Shown piece after piece: positions 45,301 through 57,300 of a stretch of DNA of 64,000 nt. How positions within the stretch are numbered: the first letter of the stretch is position 1; every line of letters begins with the position of its first letter. Under the pieces are notes generated by a model. It had not been told where the DNA came from. It ran no database searches and saw nothing but the letters and a program-made list of their open reading frames with translations. The stretch lies in NCBI GenBank assembly GCA_016212885.1, contig JACRDO010000016.1:8255-72254 (forward strand), read 5' to 3'. The stretch is from Elusimicrobiota bacterium. Lineage in GTDB: Bacteria; Elusimicrobiota; Elusimicrobia; UBA1565. A program made the translations under genes and the position numbers.

Positions 45301-48300
45301 CTCAGTTGGGTCTCGAGCGTCACGCCCGGCACGGTCCAATTGCCGCGCTTCGACTTCATCGCGACCGAGACCTGCATCATGCCGCTGTTCCAGGAGGTCG
45401 AGGCGATGGGCCCGGCGTAGGGATCGTTGTGGGTGAGGGCGATGTTGGGCGGCGCGCTCGCGGGCGTCACGTTGAAGTTCTTGTCCGTCACGTACACCGA
45501 GGCGAAGAAGCCGACTCCGGCCGTGCTGATGGAGACGCTGCCGGTGCGGCCGCTCCCTGTTCCGGGCGCGAGGGTCTGGCCGGGCATCCTCAGCAGGAGG
45601 CTGTAGGGAACATCGGGGTCCACGATGATGCCGCTGACCAGGCCGTTGACGCCCGGCTTGCCCGACTGCTCAACCCGGAGCGAGCGGGCGCCGGCTTTGC
45701 GCAGGGCCAGGCCCGTGTAGTTGCTCAGCACGCCGTTGTCTCCGGGCTGGAACGTGTAGTTCACCGGCAATCCGTTGCCTGGGGTCTCCGGGGCCCCGGA
45801 ATCCGGGGAGGAGAAGACGAGGGTGCCGGTGAAGTTGTTGGCCGTCTGGCCCTGGTCGTCGAGCGCGGTTACCGTGACGTTCTGCGCCGTGCCGGCCGTG
45901 TAGGGCCCCTGCGCGGTCTGGACCAGGAAGCTGGCGGCCGGCGCCGCGACCTTGAAGTAGTAGCCGGGCGTGGGCACGTCGGGGTCCGCGGGGGGCCGGA
46001 GGTTGCCGGCGCGGTCCCGGGCGCGCGTGCGCACGAAGTAGGCCTTGCCGCGCGGCCAGGGGGTAGCGCCGCTGCCCAGGCCCGTGTAGATCCAGCCGTG
46101 CGAAGCCGTGTCGTAGGTGGATGCGAGGACCCACCGGCAGTCGGTCGGCACGCCCGGCGCGGTGCAGACGGGGCCGTTGTCGTTGGGCTGGGCAATGCTC
46201 GAGCTGAAGGCCACCCCGTTCCAATAGTAGTCCGAGGGGCCGGGCGCCGTGTTGGAGAAGGCGATGGTCTGCCGGATGGAGATGAGCACGTCGGTCGGCG
46301 CGGCGATGGAGGACTGGGCGAGCCCCCCGCCGCCAGGAGGGGTCACGTCCTGGGCCGAGCCCAGCAGGGTCACCGCGTCGGTCTCCGTGTTGCTGATGCC
46401 AAGCGGGGTCCACGCGCTCGCCTGCGGGAAGGTGTTGTCTATCAAAAACGAGGTCATCGGCTTGGTCGCCTGGTTCTCCGCGTTGCCGACGTTGTCGCGC
46501 GAGAGCACCTTGAGCTTGTAGGTGTGCCCGTCCGTGAAGACGGTGCTCGGCGAGCCGATCGTCTTGAACCAGTTCCCCCCGTTGTTCCACCCGGACTCGC
46601 TGGCGCGCAGAGCCTGCCCCTCGCTGCCCAGTGTGAAGCCGGACCCGTTGAACCACAGGCCGGTGATCTGGTCCTGCATGGAGTAGCGGACGCCCCAGGT
46701 GGACTCGTCGACGTCGGGCGCGACGCCCGAAGGGCTGTCCGAGATGGAGCCAGCGAGCTGGTTCAGCACCGTGCCCTTGCCGGTCTCGCTGGCGAAGGCG
46801 CTGCCGGGGCCCGGCGTCAACACCGAGATCACCGGCGGGATGCTGTCGAAGACGAACGATACCGTGGTGAGCGCCGCCTCGAAGTTGAGTGCGCTGTCCC
46901 TGGCCCGCGTGGTCACGTAATAGGTCACGCCGGTCTGCAGCCCGTTGACGGTGTTGTTCGGCGGCGGCAGGTCGGCGTTCTGGACCCAGGACTCATCCGT
47001 CCCCGCGGAGCCGGCCGGCACGATCTGTGCGAAGAAGCTGCAGTCGCCGGCGAATATCCCGTTGGACTGCCAGTTCCAGCATAGATGATCGCTCGCGCGC
47101 TCGATCTTGGGAGAGACGGCCGTGACGCCGTTGCCGTCGTACGCCGTGCCGTAGATCGCGGTCAGCGAATTGATGATCCGCCCGTCCGCGACGCTGGAGG
47201 ACTTCGAGATCGGCGGGACGTCGTCGAAGGTGAACGAGGCGGTCGAGTAAGACAGGACGTTGCCGGCCGAGTCGAAGGCGCGCACGTTGACTTTGTAGCG
47301 GCCGGGTTTGGTTGCGAAAGACGGGATCCCCGTCGAGGCCCACAGCAGGGAGGAGAGCGGCGAGGAGTCGCTGGAGGTCTGCCAAGAATCCTCCGGGTCG
47401 GTGTTCAGCGAGCTGAAGCCCGGGTTCGGCTGGGTCGGATTGTGCCACCACTGCCCGACCTCCCAGTAGAACCGGAACTCGACCCGGGAGATGTTGTTGT
47501 TGTCGCCGGCGGTGCCCGCGATCTTCGTAAGCGCATTGAGGTACTTGGGCGGCGTGGAGGAGACCTGCACGTCGTCGATGGGCCCGGGGTTCTCCCCGGC
47601 TTTCACGGCCAGCACCCGGGCGTCGATCAGGACGTTCGGGGCCTGCAGATCGAAGGTGAAGGTGGCGCCCTGCGCGAGGCTCGTCTGCACGTTGCCGGCG
47701 TTGTCCAAGCCGCGCGCCTTGATCTCGTAGACGTGGCCCGTTTGGAAGCTGTTCGCCCCCGATGTGGGCGGGAAGCCGCCCGAACGGCAGAAGTGCTTGG
47801 TTCCGCAGGGCCCCTCCCAGGTCGTGGACAGCCAGGAGGCATCCGCGTTATAGGGGTTCCAGTCGCTGCCGTCCCAGTACTTGTCGCCCGGAGGGTAGGT
47901 GTCGCGGATCGAGATCTGCCCGCCCATGGCGCCCGAGCCCAGGGGGGTGGTCGGGTCGTCAGCGGTCCCGGCCACGACGACGAGCTTGTTGAGGTAGAGG
48001 CCGGAAGGGCTGGCGTTGACCGCGTTGCTCAAGCGGGTCGGAGCCTCGATGTCGGAGTTCGGCGGCGTCGTGTCGAACGTGAACTCGATGGGGTCCCCTT
48101 CCTTGACGAGGCTCGATTTCGCCAGCACGCGGCAGCGGATGATGTACTTGCGGCCGTCCTGGAAGTTGAAGGTGGCGGAGGAGTAGCTCCAGTTGAAGTT
48201 CGGCGCCGTGCCGGTGGGAGGCATGGAGGAGAACCAGACCGCGGTGGGCGAGGTGAAGGTCGAGCCGGTCCAGTAGGCCCCGTTCTGCTCCTGGATCGCG

Positions 48301-51300
48301 ATGGAGGCGGCGCTCACGCCGAAGATGTCCGCGGCGGTCCCGACGATGGCCGTCACCAGGTTCCGGCTTAAGTTTTTGGCCGGCGAGACCACGGCGATCG
48401 AGGCCAGGCTCGTCTCATAAGCGAAGGTCCTCGATGCGACCAGGACCTGCACGTTCTGATCCGGCCGGGAGTCGTCCACGGCGAATACCCGGAGGTGGTA
48501 CATCTTCCCGGAGGTAAAGGCCGGGAGGTTGCCCGTGATCGACCAGTTGTAGGCGTTGCCCCCCGTCGGGGTCAGCAGATCGACCGGGAAGAAGCGCTCG
48601 TAGGAGAGAGTGAAGCCCGATCCGCCGTTCCAATAGTTCCCGGCGATGGGCCAGATCTCCCGCATCGAGACCGTCACGCTGGAGGGGCCGGAGATGCCGG
48701 CGCCAGGGTTGTTGTCCGCTGCGGTCCCATTGATCGAGGCGATGGCGCTCAGGACCGCGTTGGTCGAGGGGTAGACCACGCCGGAGTTCGGGGGAGTTTG
48801 GTCGAAGACGATGGTGCGGTCCCGGCCGGTCCCCCAGTAGTTGCCCCAGTCGTTGCCGTGCGCGTCGTACATCTCCTCCCATTTGCCGGCCGTGTTGGAG
48901 GACTTGGTCACGATGTGGTATTCGAGCCCGTTCTCGAGCTTGGCTTGCGCCAGCCCGACGTAATTCCACAGGTACGGAGGGGTCGCCTGTATCGCCACCG
49001 CGATCCAGGAGGGGTTCGCCTGCTGGATGCTGAAGACTTTGGTGTTGTCGTCGTACCACTTCCCGTCCCAGATGCGCTGGATGCCGATGTAGAAGCGCGC
49101 GGTGTCCACCGTGGAGACAACGTCCGAAGCCGTGCCGGTGATGGTGGTGAAGGCCGAGACCGCGTAGGTGCTCGGCTGGGCCACATAGGAGAACGGCAGC
49201 TCGGTGGTGAAGGTGAAGGTCGAAGCGGAGTAGAGGGCCGCGTTGCCGGCCTTGTCGATGGAGCGGGCGTGGATCGAGTAGTTCACCGCGTTGGAGAAGA
49301 AGTTCGCGGGCCAGGTCCCGCTCGACCAGTTGAGGGTCCCGGCCGCGGGGCACCAGGCCGTGTTGGAAAGCGCCTCGATGATGCTGAAATTGGGCGGGAA
49401 GGTGCCGGGGGCCCAATAGTTGCCGGTGTCGTTGCGGCGGATGCGCAGCTCCACGCGGTCGAGCGCTACGTTGTCGCCCGCCGCGCCGAGGATCTGCGGC
49501 AGGGAGCTGAGGGTCAGGTTCGCCTGCACCGGCGGCCGCTCGAAGCTGACGGTCGGAAGGGTGTTGTCGAAGGTGAAGGTGATCGAGCTGACCGGCGTGG
49601 TCATGTTGTTCGCCCAGTCCACGGCGCGCGCTTCCACGCGGTAGCTCTTTCCGGTGAGGTAGCCGACGGTCGAGGTGGGCAGGGAGAACGAGGCGCCCGC
49701 TGGGAAGACCTCGGTGGTCGTGGAGGCGTCGATCCAGCCGAGCCCGCCGTTGTGGTCCAAGTCGCTGATGTTGAAGCCGACCCCGTCCCACCAAGACATG
49801 ACGGCCGGAGCATTGTCGCGGATGGCCGCCTGCACGCGCCGGATGCCCGAGCCTTTGCCCTGTCCGGCGATCACGGAGAAGGGGTCCGAAGCCGTGCCGC
49901 TGATGGGCACGTAGGAGTTGATGTAGAGCGAGCCGGGGGTCACGATGGCGGCCGAAGGCGTGCTTATGTCCCAGGTGAGGTACTGCGTCGTCATCGCGGA
50001 GAGGTTGCCGACGCGGTCGCTCGCGCGGGTGTTGGCGATGAACATGCAGTTGTCATCGAAGCTCGGCAGGGCCGCTCCCGCGCCGAGGTAGTTCCAGCTG
50101 TCTGTCCCGTTCACCACGGCCCAGCTGGTCTCATTCGAGCTCCACGCGGCGCCGTTCCAATAAATCTGGCCGCCGCCGATGCACGGCCCGGAGTAGCGCT
50201 TGATTCGGACCTCGACCTTGGAGGCCTTGGCCAGTGGGTAGAGCGGCGGGTAGACGGGCTGGTCCGAAGAGTTCCCGAGGATGTCCATGAGCGGATTCTG
50301 CGGCCCGTAGAAATTGTTGCCGTATGAGACGTTCGCCCCGGCCGGGGGCCTCGAGGAGTCGCCGGAAGGCGGCGTATTGTCCAGGATGAAGGTCACGGTC
50401 GAGGCGGTCAGGGTCTGGGTGTTGCTGGAGCGGTCCGTCGCGAAGGCATAGACGCGGTACTCCCGGTTCGTGATGCCCCCGCTCGCCCAGTCGCCCGCCC
50501 CGCTCGTGAGGCCGGCATGGGAATAGCTCCAGGCGGTGCCCAGCGAGCCCGGGGCGGCCACCACGGCCGGGGCCGCGGAATAGGTCGTCGTGAAGGTGGA
50601 GGAGACGTGGTTCCAGTAGTAGGTGGCCCCGGCCTGGACGTAGGAGATGAGGACCGACACGCTGTTGACCCCGTCGTAATTGTCGCTCACGGTTCCGCTC
50701 GCGACGCTCACCATCTTATAGGGGAGATAATTGCCGGGGCCGGCCGTTTGGGCGTTGGGCGCCGTGTTGTCGTAGACGATGTTGGTCAGAGTGTACGAGC
50801 TGGAGAGGTTGCGGCCCGGGTAGGCGTGGTCCCGGGCCCGGGCGGAGATTGTGTAGGTCTTGGCCGGCAGCCAACTGTTCGAAAGCGACATATTGGAATA
50901 CGTCCATGTGCCCGATGAGGGGCCCTGGGCCACGTAGCCGAAGGGCGAGAACCAGGAGTTGGCGTCGCTCAAGCCCGCGTTCCAGCTTCCGGCCGTGTCG
51001 AAATAGTAGGTCGTCCCGCCCGCGACGTACTTGATCTGGACCAGGACGTTGTCTGAATCGCTGGGGTTGCTGACGCGCGTCACTCCGGCGCAGACCGGGG
51101 CGTAGGGGTCATTCACCAAGCCGCTCACGTTGCCGAGGCTGTTGCTGAAGTAGTCGCTGTTGGGCGGATTGGAGAAGGCGATGGTCGGCGCCTGCGTATC
51201 CGCGAAGAAACTGAAGGACGACTTGGTGACGACCAGGTTCGCCTGGGGCTCCGTGTTGCCGGCCTTGTCCACCGCGCTGGACATGATCGTATAGTAGTGA

Positions 51301-54300
51301 TAGTTGGCGAAGGCGGGCAGGTCCGCGAGGCTCCAGTTGCTGCCGGCGATGGCCGCGGTGGAGGCGTAGAGGCTGGGCTTCCAGACCTTGTTGACGGCGT
51401 CCCAGTAGGTCGGCGGGTTGTTCGGGTTGGCCGGGGTGCCGTGGTCCTTGATCTGGATCCAGACCGAGTCGATGATGCCGGGCGCGGAATCGAAGACCGT
51501 GCCGGTGGTCAGGACCGAGGAGTAGGTGGTCCCTGCGGCCAGCGAGAGGACGGCTGCCGTGGGGTAGGAGACGTCGAAGATGAAGTACTTAAACAATGTC
51601 GGCTCGGAAGTGTTCGGCTCCACGCCGCCCAGGGCCAGGTCGATGCCCCGCGTCTGCACCCCGTACTGCTTGCCGTCGATCCAGACAGAGGTGGAAGGCG
51701 AGGCCGTGAAGGTCCAGGACGAGCCCAATGGATGGTAGAGGGCCGAGTTGAAGAATGTCCCTCCCCACACCTGCTGGATCTGATCCCAGTACAGGTTGTT
51801 GTCCAGCCGCTTGATGAGCACCTTGATGCCGTTGGGGTCCTTCATGCCAGCTGCCACCCCGCCTCCCGGCGGGTTGAGCTGGGCCCCGGCGTAGAGCGGG
51901 TCCACGACGGACCCGTTTAAGACCGGGAAGACGTTGACGAAGGCCCCGTCCGCGGGATAGGCGAGGGATGTCGTCGGCGAGGTCTGGTCCACGGCGAAGT
52001 CCGAGGTGTGGGGAGGGTCCTCGGCGATGTTGGCGTAGTTGTAGCCCTTGACCGTGAGGGTGAAGCTGGTGTTGTTGAGGTCGTGCCAGGAGGGAAGTAT
52101 CTCGTCGCTGGGCGGATAGCCCCAGGAGAGGGCGAACGGATAGAGGACCCGTGTGGCGGTGGCCACGTCCACAGCGCAGTTCACCCAGCCCTGGACCCCG
52201 AGCGTGGTCTTGCCGGCCCAGCAGGTCCCCATGTCCCGGCGCTGGAGCTGCATCTCCACGCGGACGGTCTTCTCGTCGGCGAGCCCCTGGAACGATTTCA
52301 GGTCGTTGTAGACCGCGGAGAGCACGGGCACGGAGATGCCGGTCAGGGCCGGGGGCGGCTGATAGCGCAGGCGCCGGTACGACGGCCTGTCCGCGGGCGG
52401 GGGCGCGGCGACCCGCTCCCAGTTGCCCGCGTTGTCCAAGGCGCTCGAGATGAAGATATAGAAGCAGTTGGGCCGCATCGTGGATTCGATGCTGCCGGAG
52501 GTGAAGTTCCAGATCCCGGTGACCGGGTCGAAGGCGGTCGCATTGAGAACCGGGGCGCCCACTGACCAGGAGCCGCCCGCCTGGTTCCAGTAGTTGCCGT
52601 TGTTGCAGTTGTTTTTCGCGTCGTTGGTCGGGTCGCTCCAGATCGTGAGGCCCACGGCCCGCACGCCCGAGGAGGAAGCGTTGATCTTCGGGTCAAAGGC
52701 CGTGCCTGTGATGGTCGCCAAAGTCGAGGTGGTGTCGTTGTCAGCCGTGGAGGGGTAGACCACGAAGGACTGGGGCCTGGTCCCATCGAAGGTGAGCGTC
52801 ACCGCGGAGGTCAGCGTGCCCGGGAAGGTCCCCTGGTTGTTCGTGTTGTCCACGGCCCGGATCCGGAGCTGGTAGAGGCGGCCGTCCGGGCTGCAGGCGT
52901 CGGCCGCGCGTATCCAGTCCTGCGGGAGGCTCGCGAAGGTCCAGGAGCTCGCATGGAGCGTCGCGGTCGACTCCTGCGGAGTGCTCTTCCAGCCGCTCCC
53001 CTGCTCCCAGTAGTTGTTGCCGCTCGGTATCGTGTGGCACCCCGCGGACTGGTCCTGGAGCTGCACCGCCACCTTGTTGACGCTGCTGATGATGAGGCCG
53101 CCCACAGCCGGATCGATGAACGTCCCCGAGGAGAAGGCGAAGTTGGACGTGCTGATGTAGAGCGACGCGCCCGTGGGCCCGGGGGAGGAGAAGGCGGTCA
53201 GGGGAGTGGACCTGTCGACCGTGAACGTGATCGTCGTCACGTTGGCCTCAATGGTGCCCAGGAGGTCCTCCGCGCGGGACGCGATCTGATAGCGGTAGCC
53301 GTCCGCAAAGGCGTTCTCCGCCAGGGAGAAGGCCTGGCTCTGCCAGGAGCCGATATTCCCCACGCCGCCGGCGAGCGTCGTCATCAGGTTGAAGCCGGGA
53401 TCGCCGGGGAGGTTCCAGCCTCCGCCGTCCCAATAACGGAGGGTCCCCGCGCTGTCGATGCGGATGGCTTTCAAGTAGACCGCGGACGCGCCGGCTCCCA
53501 TCGGGTTGATCAAGGATTGGTCGTCGGCCGTGCCGCGGATCGGGGTGACGCCGCCGGTGATGTAGCTGTTGTTGACGGGGAACGTGGCGACGGAGACCGG
53601 CGGGAAGAAGTCGACCTGCATCTCCGAGGGGCCCGACGCCGGAGGGGCGGCTTTCGAGCGGTTCTGGTTGCCGGCGTTGTCCTTGCTGTAGAGGTACACT
53701 TTGTAGCCCTTGGTGACAGTGAGCGCCTTGATGAGGTTCGTCAGCGCGGCATCGGTGAAGGTGAATTTGGGAGCGGTCACGACCACCGGCCGCCAAGACG
53801 TCGCCGCGTTGTACGCGCTGAAGCCCACGCCGTTCCAGAACGTGCCCCCCTGTTCCTGGATGGCGATCTCAACGATATCCACGCCGGATTCCGTCGGCGG
53901 CACAGGCTCGACAAAGCTGCCGGTCACGGAGGAGAAAGCCGTGATATACTGCAGATGATAGGGCGAAGCGACCGCTGTGACCGGCGCCTGGCTGTCGTAG
54001 GTGAAGTTGCTCAGCGTCTCCTCCGCGCCCGTGGCCATGTTGCCGCTCAGGTCAACTGTCCTGGCCCTCACGGTGTAGGCGAGGCCGTGCTGCCAGTTCG
54101 GAATCTGGTCCCCGGCCGGGGGATAGGTCCAGTTCATGACCCCCATCCCGAGCGCATCTCCCGTCATCGAGGTGGGGCGATAGTTGATCGAACCCGTAAA
54201 TCCCCCCGCCTGTGTGCCTTGATAGTAATTGCCGCCCTGCATGATGGCGATTTCCACCTTCTTCACGCCGGCCATCGCCTCCGTAACGGTTGTGGCTGGG

Positions 54301-57300
54301 ACCCAGTCGAAGGCCGTGCCGCTCAAGCCCGCGGGCTGGCCCGCCGGATAGAACTTCCCGGCTTCCGGCACGGAGATGACCGCTGTGGGCTTGACCACGT
54401 CGTAGACCACATCCCTGGTCAAGCCCTCCACCCAGTTGCCGGCCGTGTCGTAGGCCCGGACATAGAGGGTGTAGGCCTTGTTGTTCACCCAGGTCATGCT
54501 GCTGCCCGGCGGGCCCACGAAGCTCCAGTTGTTGCCGCCGTCGGCCACATGGTAGCTCGACACGTCGACCTTCCAGCCCGTTGCGTACCAGGTTTTGCCG
54601 TCCCCCCCGCTGCCCGAAGCCTTCTGGACCAGCTGGAGCTCCACCCTCCCGGTGCCGGCCGGGAAGTCGTAAGAGGTGCCGGAGATGACGGGCAGGGTCT
54701 GCTGGGCGCTCGCGTAGAACTTCTCCGTGGGCATGGTGATGGCCACGCTGGGGCCGATGCTGTCCATGGTGACCTGGGTCGTGGCCCCCGGCTCAACGTT
54801 GCCCGCCTTGTCTATGGACTGGATCGATATGCCGAACTTGGTGTTCTCCGCTATTGCGGCCATGGTCGGCGGGGTATTGTAGCCGGCGATGTCGGTCGGA
54901 TATTCCCATAAGACCGTGCCGGTGCTGCCCGTGATCTTCACCGGCAGGTCCTTGGGCGTGTTGGTCCACGCGGTCCCGTTCCAGAACGCCCAATTGGGCT
55001 CGGCGCCGGCGACGCCCGAGGTGATGCGCAGATAGTAGGTCGCGGCGAGCGAGAGGTCCGCGTTCGAGGTGCCTGAGATGACCGCGAGGGTCTTGACAAA
55101 GGCGCCTGCAGCCGGCCTGAGCACCCTCGAGGACGGAGGGGTCCCGTCCACGATGAAGTCCACATACTCGATGCCGTTGAGCGTATTGGAGGGGATGGAC
55201 TGGTTGCCTACGATGGGGCCGGTCGCGGTGCGGGCCTTGTCGCGCGCGCGCACCTTCCCATAGTATTGCTTGTCCGATATGAACTTCGTGTAGTCGGGGA
55301 TGTTGAAGGTCCAGCCCCCGCTGACAGCGGCCTGGAACCACTGCGCGCCCTCGAAAGTCGTTGAGGAGAACCATGTCCCGTTGATGGTGGACCCGTTGAC
55401 CCAGTAGTAGCTTGTCTGGCCCTGCAGGTACCAGAAGACGACTTCCGCCTTGTAGATGGCGTCGCCGCCCGGATAGAGCTGGGCCTGCGGGTCCACGGCC
55501 GTCCCGTTGAGCGTGTCCAGGTCGCTCGGCTTGTAGGACTTCCCGCCGCCCGCGGGCTTGACGTACCCGGCGGCAGGAGGATTGAAGTCCACCTTGATCG
55601 TGCGGCTCGATGCAGGCGAGAGGAAGTTGGCCTGGGCGTTGCCGGCCGCGTCCTGGGCGATCACCGTGATGACGTAAGTCGTGTTCGAGAGGAGCTGGCC
55701 CGTCAGAGTGGGATCCGTAAAGCCCCAGGGGTCTATGCCCGTAACCGGCAGGATGGCGGCCGGGTCGTTGCAGAGTATGTTGAAGGCGGTCCCCGAATAG
55801 CATTTATTGTTGTCATACCGCTTGATCATGAGCTTGACCGAGGCTACGCCGGACTTGCGGTTCGGCGCGTTCGAGCCAGGCGGGTCAAAGGAGGTGCCGC
55901 TGATGGTGTTCATATCCAGGTAGACCTCCCCGGAGGACGGGTAGAGCAGGAAGGCGGTGGGCGGATTCTTGTCGTAGACGAACTTAAACGAGGTCATCGC
56001 GCTTTCCGAGGTCTCGCGGTTGCCCGCCTTGTCCTGGACCCACGTGTAGACGGCGTAATTGACCCCGTCGATGAGCGCGGGAGCCGCCAGTGTCCCGGTG
56101 CTCCACTCGGTGGTGGCGGCGATCGTGGAAGAGGTCACCATGTCTACGGGCGTGAGCGGGTTGAAGCCGGTCCCGTCCCAGTATTTGCCGTCGGCAATCC
56201 CGCCCTCGCACTTGAGGCGGGCGCGCACGAGGGCGATGGAAGGCGGGTTGACATTTCCCGGGTCCACGGCCGTGCCGGAGATGGTCGGCAGGGCGGTGAT
56301 GCAGCCGTCCGCAAAGCCCACGGGGCAGGGCGGGGCCGCGGGGGACAGTATCTGGACGGTCGGGTTGACCTCGTCAATCACGTAGGTGCGGTCTACTGAC
56401 ACCGATGGCAGGTTCGCCCCGTTGTAGCCGGTGACCGTCAGGGTGTAGGAGGAGTTCGTCATGCTGTAGACGGCGCCGGAGAGATTGTAGGACCACTGCA
56501 TCGGGTCGGTCGTGGTGGTCACATTGACCGCGGTGTAGGTGCCCTGCTCGGCGGTCCAGGCCTGCGACGGGTCGTACCAGTAGCGCACCGGCTCCGCCAG
56601 GCGCTTGATCTGCAGGCGGACCCCGCCGTACTTCTTCAAGTTGTGGCCGATCCCCGTGATGACGTTGACCTGCCCGGCGGTGTTGTGGTTGTAATGCAGC
56701 CAGTTCGGCGCAGGCGGCTGGTTCAGGGTGACGTCCGCTGCCGGGGTCTCGAGGTAGAAGGTGATGTCGGGGCCCCCCGGCTCGACCTTGGTGTTGCCCG
56801 CCTTGTCCATGGCCAAAGCCACCACGGTGTAGGTCGAGCGGTTGTCCCAGGCGACCTGGCCGGGGTCGAAGCTCCATTGGCAGATCGCCCCTATGGCGCA
56901 GCCTCCTTCGACGGTTCCGGAGGCCAGGTAGACCTTCGCGTCCTGCCAATCGACGCCATTCCAGTACTTGTTCTTGTGGCAGGGGTTGCTGCCGCAGTCG
57001 ATCTCCTGGATGGCCAGCTTGACTTTGTCCAGCTGTCCCGGGGTCGCGTCCTGCGCGGTCCCGGTGATCGTGTTGACCTGCCCGGTGGCGCCCATCGGCA
57101 GGGTGGCGAAGGAAGTCGGCGGCGAGATGTCGTAGGTGAAGGTTGTGGAGGTGACCGAGACCCCCTGCTGCTGGTTGCCCCCGCGGTCCCTCGCACGCGC
57201 CGCCACCTTGTACGTTCTTGGGCTTTGAAGTGCGCTGGCATTGAAGGCGAATGTCCAGGTGCCGCTGGAGTCCCCCGCGAACGCGGCCGTGGACCAGATC

